DNA of 64,000 bases from contig CAXXSL010000011.1 of the NCBI GenBank assembly GCA_963675525.2, positions 609,635 to 673,634 on the forward strand, in the 5' to 3' direction. This DNA comes from Anaerohalosphaeraceae bacterium (GTDB lineage Bacteria; Planctomycetota; Phycisphaerae; Sedimentisphaerales; Anaerohalosphaeraceae). The notes beneath the pieces were generated by a model that did not search any database, had not been told where the DNA came from, and saw only the letters and a program-made list of their open reading frames with translations. Every line of letters starts with the position of its first letter. Position 1 is the stretch's first letter. The position numbers and the translations under genes are program-made. Positions 59,589-64,000 of this stretch are shown here, in pieces.

Positions 59589-59942
59589 AATCTACCCTTA
59601 TGATGCCTTAACAATCTATGTATTATCTTACGACGAACCACCCGCCCCGTCAACAGAAAATATAATTCTTGACATCATCAACCCACTTCTTGACATAAAC
59701 CACAAAATCAACAATTCATGAGGGATATCCGGTCTCATCATTTTTGAAAAATAACCATAAGAAATCTCTATGGAATTTTTTATTCTTTTCGATATAGGAT
59801 GCAACAGATATAATACCGGGGCATCTTAGAAGAAGGAATCTTGATAATTTTGAATTCTTGGTTTTGAGTTTTGACTTATTGAAAATGGCAGGAGAGAAGG
59901 AAAAACTCCTGAACGCCTTTAAATTACTTATGGAAGATAGTT

Positions 59943-60896
59943 ATGAAAGAAAGTAAATCGATTATGGATAATTCAATTTTACCGATACTTCCCGGGATTC
60001 ATGCAACAATCTTAAGCATTATTTTTGCGGTATTAATTGTATTCTTCTTTTATTCGGAGCAAACGACAAGCAGTCTGAAGGAAGAGATGAACGATATAAG
60101 AACGAATGTTTCTCTGGCAATGTCTCATCAGGTCCAAACTCCACTGAAATTTGATTTAGAAGAATATTTCAAAGGTGACAAGTTAAATCATCCGAATGTC
60201 GAGAAGAAATTATGGGAAATTTCTAGTGTCATGGCAAGCTTAGAAATCACCAAAGCAGTTCCTCCACATCCTGATATGAAAGATGACTACATAGAAAAAA
60301 CTATAATTGAATCTGCAGAAGAATTTTTGGGGATAATAACTGTACTGACTTATATTTCTCCTTATTGTGAACGGCCTCGAAACAAAGAAGGGAAGCTTTC
60401 AGGAATTTCCAATATTATAAGGAATGAATATACACCTGAGTGGCATCAAGATATAATCCGCTTAAATTCTCATCTGTCTTGGCTCTGGCGAACGAGGGGT
60501 GATGGATTTACTAAGCTTGTATCGGAATATGATGCAATCTCCGCAACAAAGAATCCAAATCAATCGATTAGATTTAATTTCTCATCATTTGTAGCAGATT
60601 TTTTTACTCAAGTTCAATTATTAGAAACTCAGATTATTCCGCAACTAAATGAGAAATCATACAAATTGAATTTTCATGAAAAAAAGTTTAAAATAAAGAC
60701 ACATCTTACGAGTGTGTTTTTGTTCGCAATAACAATGCTAATATTGGGAATTTTTTTGCCATTGTTTGTCCATCTATATGTCAAACATCCTTATATCAAA
60801 ATAATTGAACTAGGTCTATTAGTAATAAGCATTTTGCCTTATTTATGCATTCTTCTATATTACCTTAAAAAAACCCTTGAGTTAAATAAGATATAA
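59943..60896 (+). CDS. AT-rich orphan membrane protein (one N-terminal and two C-terminal TM helices)
   Basis: 317 aa ORF with hydrophobic termini and a soluble helical middle. Confidence 0.75.
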   Translation: MKESKSIMDNSILPILPGIHATILSIIFAVLIVFFFYSEQTTSSLKEEMNDIRTNVSLAMSHQVQTPLKFDLEEYFKGDKLNHPNVEKKLWEISSVMASLEITKAVPPHPDMKDDYIEKTIIESAEEFLGIITVLTYISPYCERPRNKEGKLSGISNIIRNEYTPEWHQDIIRLNSHLSWLWRTRGDGFTKLVSEYDAISATKNPNQSIRFNFSSFVADFFTQVQLLETQIIPQLNEKSYKLNFHEKKFKIKTHLTSVFLFAITMLILGIFLPLFVHLYVKHPYIKIIELGLLVISILPYLCILLYYLKKTLELNKI

Positions 60897-60969
60897 TTTG
60901 ATTAAGGGAAAGTTATATTGAAATACATAGGAAAGCGATTTAATTATTGGGTACTGTCTAATATGAGAT

Positions 60970-61330
60970 TTGAGCGGATTCAGGCCCTATGAGATTGGGC
61001 GGGGATGTGGGGGTCGACGATATGCTGCCCTTACAGGGCGTCTTGTGGGTGTTGTTTATTTTCCCGGGGCGTTGTTATTTAAGCCCGTTGGGCTTATACA
61101 TGCCCACGTAAACGTGGGCATGGCACCCAGAGTAAGTAAGGGCAGGCTCTTCGGTGCGATGCGGTTCATTTCTACGGGGGATTTAAAGGAAAGGGATGAT
61201 TGGCTTCCTGGCCCACGCCCTGACGGGCGAGGCTACACCATGTCGCCCCTTCGGGGCTCAAAGAAAATGTGAAACTTTCTTTTCCGGGGGTTTACACCCC
61301 CGGCTACTATACTGCCATCCCCCCGGGATT
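60970..61330. repeat. Cluster of REP-like hairpins
   Basis: GCCCTTACAGGGC, ATGCCCACGTAAACGTGGGCAT (61100-61121), GCCCCTTCGGGGC, CCGGGGGTTTACACCCCCGG, ATCCCCCCGGGAT. Confidence 0.8.
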
Positions 61331-61399
61331 ACCTTTTCGACAGAGAAAGATGTATTCCTTTTCTTATGCAGAAACAAAGGTAATAGAGCAAGAAGAAAC

Positions 61400-62429
61400 T
61401 TATCGAATCATGTAACCGTATTTGTTGATGGCCTCCTGTTCGATGTTTTTCATGATGGTCGGATAATCTTTGACCGGCTCGACATTGCCCTTGGCACCGG
61501 CGATTTTTTTGAGGGTGCCGTTCTCGAAATAGGCCGAGCTGATGGTGTATTTGACGGTGATGCCCAGTTCATCCAGTCCGTCGAATGTCGGCATGGTCTT
61601 TGATATCGGCGGTTCGTCGCTGTAGCCGGGGATGATCGCGGGCGTGACCTGGCCGTCATCGTAGCCGGTGTCCATATTGCGTTTCATCAGCTTGCCCGTG
61701 GCGTGCCATGTGCCGCGTACCGACTCGGTTATCTCAATGGCCTTTTGCCTTGGCACAACCTGAAGCGTTTGGAATTCTTTTTCGATGAGCATCGTCATCG
61801 CCCTGTCATAGTCTCTCGTTGCGACATTGCCCTCTTTGATGGCCTGTATCGCCAGTTGTGCCCCCGGTCAGATCCGAATACAGGTCGTCCCATGAGAATG
61901 CCGAGGTGAACTCCGGCTCGATCAACATAAAATGCGTGCCCTTCCATGTTAACATTTCGTGCCAGATCATGGAATTGTAGCCAACGACCGGCGCGATAAT
62001 CAGCGCGGCCTCGTGAGCCAGTTTGTCCCTGTCGGCCTGGGGCAATTGCTTCCAGCCTACCGGGTATTGGAATTTGATCTTGTTGGTCGTCCATTCAAAA
62101 TTCGGACTGACGGTAAAGCCGCTGCCGCCCTTTCGCAATGTCTTATAGGCGCGCACATAAGCCCATCGGGTCAGGTCGGCGGTTCCGCGTACGTGGTCCA
62201 GATCGATCGAGCCGCCTCGAAGCGTATAAAAGATGCCGAACCCTTCACTGCCGCCGAAACCATACGAATGGGTGCCCAACCGCTCCGGGTCGCCATAGCC
62301 GACCTGCGGGGTAAAACCCCATCGTCCGCGCGGCCCGCCGGTGAAACTGCAGCCGGCCAGCATAGCCAGCAAACCAATGATCGCAATAAACTTTAGTGAC
62401 TGTTTGATGGTGTTTGAAAAGTCTGTCAT
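61400..62429 (-). CDS. DUF4056-like lipoprotein, single +1 frameshift at the G-run 61861-61865
   Basis: LAGC lipobox; YTLRGGSIDLDHVRGTAD, WHE, SAFSWDDLYSDL; removing one G gives LTGAQLAIQAI..YDRAMTMLIEKE. Confidence 0.8.
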
Positions 62430-62450
62430 GAGAACTCCTTGCCTTCTTTG

Positions 62451-63518
62451 CTACAAGACGGGTTTATCGACATTGCGTCCGCTTTCACGAATCGCCAGCT
62501 TCCGGATATGGCGGATGATGACCGGGAAATCCTTTTCCGGCTCCAGCGTCGTTCCATCGCGGTTTGTATCGACAATCCTGAGTATATATTTTCGCTCATT
62601 TTCTTTGGGCGTCATGGTCAGTTGTATGTTAAATCCGTTTTGCATCAGTGCTTCCATGGCAGGCACCTGGCACGGCACCTCGGTCACATTATCAGCAATT
62701 CCCGGCACCCTGAACGGGGTGATGTATCCATCGTCAAAACCGACATCAAAATTGCGCCGCTTCATGGTCAGGAACGGATACCTGCCGGAGAACCACCTTC
62801 CGTTGATGGTGGCCGTGGCCTTTTTGGCCGTCTCAGCCGATTGCGGGTCCAATTGGGAAAGTTCTCGCAGGATGACCTGCGTCATGCCGTCGTTGTATGA
62901 GTCCGGGTATTCCTTCAGCACCATCGCGGCCAGTTTCGTACCCAGCAAATCCGAATAGCTGTCTTCCCACGAAAAGGAGGACGCTTTTTCCGACAACAGC
63001 CCGGTGGACGCATAGCCATACCAGGTTACGATCTCGTGCCAGATTGTGCTTAGCTGTGCAAAGTGCTGACCCAGGTCAATCGACACCTCGCGTGCGATTC
63101 TGTCCTTTTCATCATCAGATAACTGACTCCAATTGTCGGGGTAGCTAATAGTCACATGGTACACAGCAGGCTCAATGACATCAAATGAAAAATCGGTTTG
63201 CGATTTTTGGATGTTTTCATAGCAGACTTCGAACAAATAGCGTGCCCGGTCGGCCGATTCCCGCAGGTGGCCCATATCGATATAGCCGGCTCTGGCGGTA
63301 TAGACGAGGGAGTTGTTTTCCCCGAAAGAATTGTCATAATCGTGCTTACCGAGGTCCTGAAGATTGGCATAGCTTAGGCCCGAAAGGGACCCGAAATAAG
63401 GGCTTGGACGAAGCCTCGGTGCATTTATTGCCCATACAGATGCCGCACAGGCAAGAAACAAACAAATTATGCGATATTTCTTTCGCACCCTAAGTTCCCC
63501 TCTGGTATTCTTATTCAT
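62451..63518 (-). CDS. DUF4056-like exported protein
   Basis: LVYTARAGYIDMGHLRESAD, WHEI, SSFSWEDSYSDLLG; paralog of the adjacent gene. Confidence 0.82.
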   Translation of the reverse strand: MNKNTRGELRVRKKYRIICLFLACAASVWAINAPRLRPSPYFGSLSGLSYANLQDLGKHDYDNSFGENNSLVYTARAGYIDMGHLRESADRARYLFEVCYENIQKSQTDFSFDVIEPAVYHVTISYPDNWSQLSDDEKDRIAREVSIDLGQHFAQLSTIWHEIVTWYGYASTGLLSEKASSFSWEDSYSDLLGTKLAAMVLKEYPDSYNDGMTQVILRELSQLDPQSAETAKKATATINGRWFSGRYPFLTMKRRNFDVGFDDGYITPFRVPGIADNVTEVPCQVPAMEALMQNGFNIQLTMTPKENERKYILRIVDTNRDGTTLEPEKDFPVIIRHIRKLAIRESGRNVDKPVL

Positions 63519-63668
63519 CCTTTATTATACCATATTTGGAAGCCGTCGTTCATTTTGAATCGTAAAGTCGGCCAAATTAGGGGTTTTCCCCCATGCCGGG
63601 CGGATGATCTAAGGGGGCACATAAGCTCTTTATAAAATGCATTTTACGATATGTTTACACCGTTATTA

Positions 63669-64000
63669 TCAATCGACCCTGTCCAAAATTTGAGCGGGGT
63701 TTTGTATCAATGTTGCGGCGCCAGCCAGCAGTAACTGCTCTTTGGAGCGAAATCCCCATTCACAGGCGATGCATCGAACGCCGGCGGCGATGGCCGTCTG
63801 CACATCGGCCTCGCTGTCGCCGACAAACAAGACCTCGTCCGCTGACAGATTCCACTGAGCAAGAATATCCAGCGTCGTCTGGGGGTTGGGTTTGACCGCT
63901 CGACCCGAGGCCGCCCCAACGATCGGATCAAACGTGTCGGGGCCGAAATAATGACGCGTGATCACCTCGGCGGGCGCCTGGTTCTTGTTGGTCAGCACTG
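63669..64000 (-). CDS. HAD-family hydrolase (phosphoglycolate phosphatase-like), C-terminal part
   Basis: LTNK, KPNP, FVGDSEAD, WGFR; 5' end lies outside the window. Confidence 0.9.
   Translation of the reverse strand, partial: VLTNKNQAPAEVITRHYFGPDTFDPIVGAASGRAVKPNPQTTLDILAQWNLSADEVLFVGDSEADVQTAIAAGVRCIACEWGFRSKEQLLLAGAATLIQNPAQILDRVD

Noticed and set aside
60970..61603. ORFs 60970-61272 and 61196-61603 (also 3206-3467 and 58038-58334)
   Set aside because: They are translations of palindromic repeats or antisense to real genes.

Overview
A 64 kb bacterial chromosomal window, inferred to be from an anaerobic planctomycete (Phycisphaerae/Sedimentisphaerales-like) because of its PQQ-like propellers, dockerin-like C-terminus and LptFG. 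Housekeeping genes: 5-formyl-THF cyclo-ligase, rarA, dapF, rpsU, uvrB-nadC-birA, lptFG, clpX and a four-subunit 2-oxoacid:ferredoxin oxidoreductase operon. I found no rRNA, tRNA, CRISPR array or transposase. Two things stand out. (1) A ~19.5 kb minus-strand gene cluster of unknown function (26899-46430). It links a HydC-HydB/NuoE-NuoF fusion carrying electron-bifurcation (Bfu) signatures and a truncated GltD-like partner to Tat-type ferredoxins, a NapH-like membrane polyferredoxin, an HdrA-N-terminal-like ferredoxin, four PQQ-like propeller domains, an NHL propeller, a FtsX/LolD-type ABC transporter and a CxxC-bearing GT4 glycosyltransferase. (2) A composite intergenic element present twice (~6708-7353 and ~53948-54683). 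It has a conserved leader, a near-consensus sigma70 promoter and a regularly spaced array of CGAACCCAATT 11-mers. It sits among REP-like palindromes that also flank AT-rich orphan genes. Single-base frameshifts in lptF, a ferredoxin and a DUF4056 paralog are probably sequencing errors. All functional calls come from motif recognition by eye; no database searches were run.
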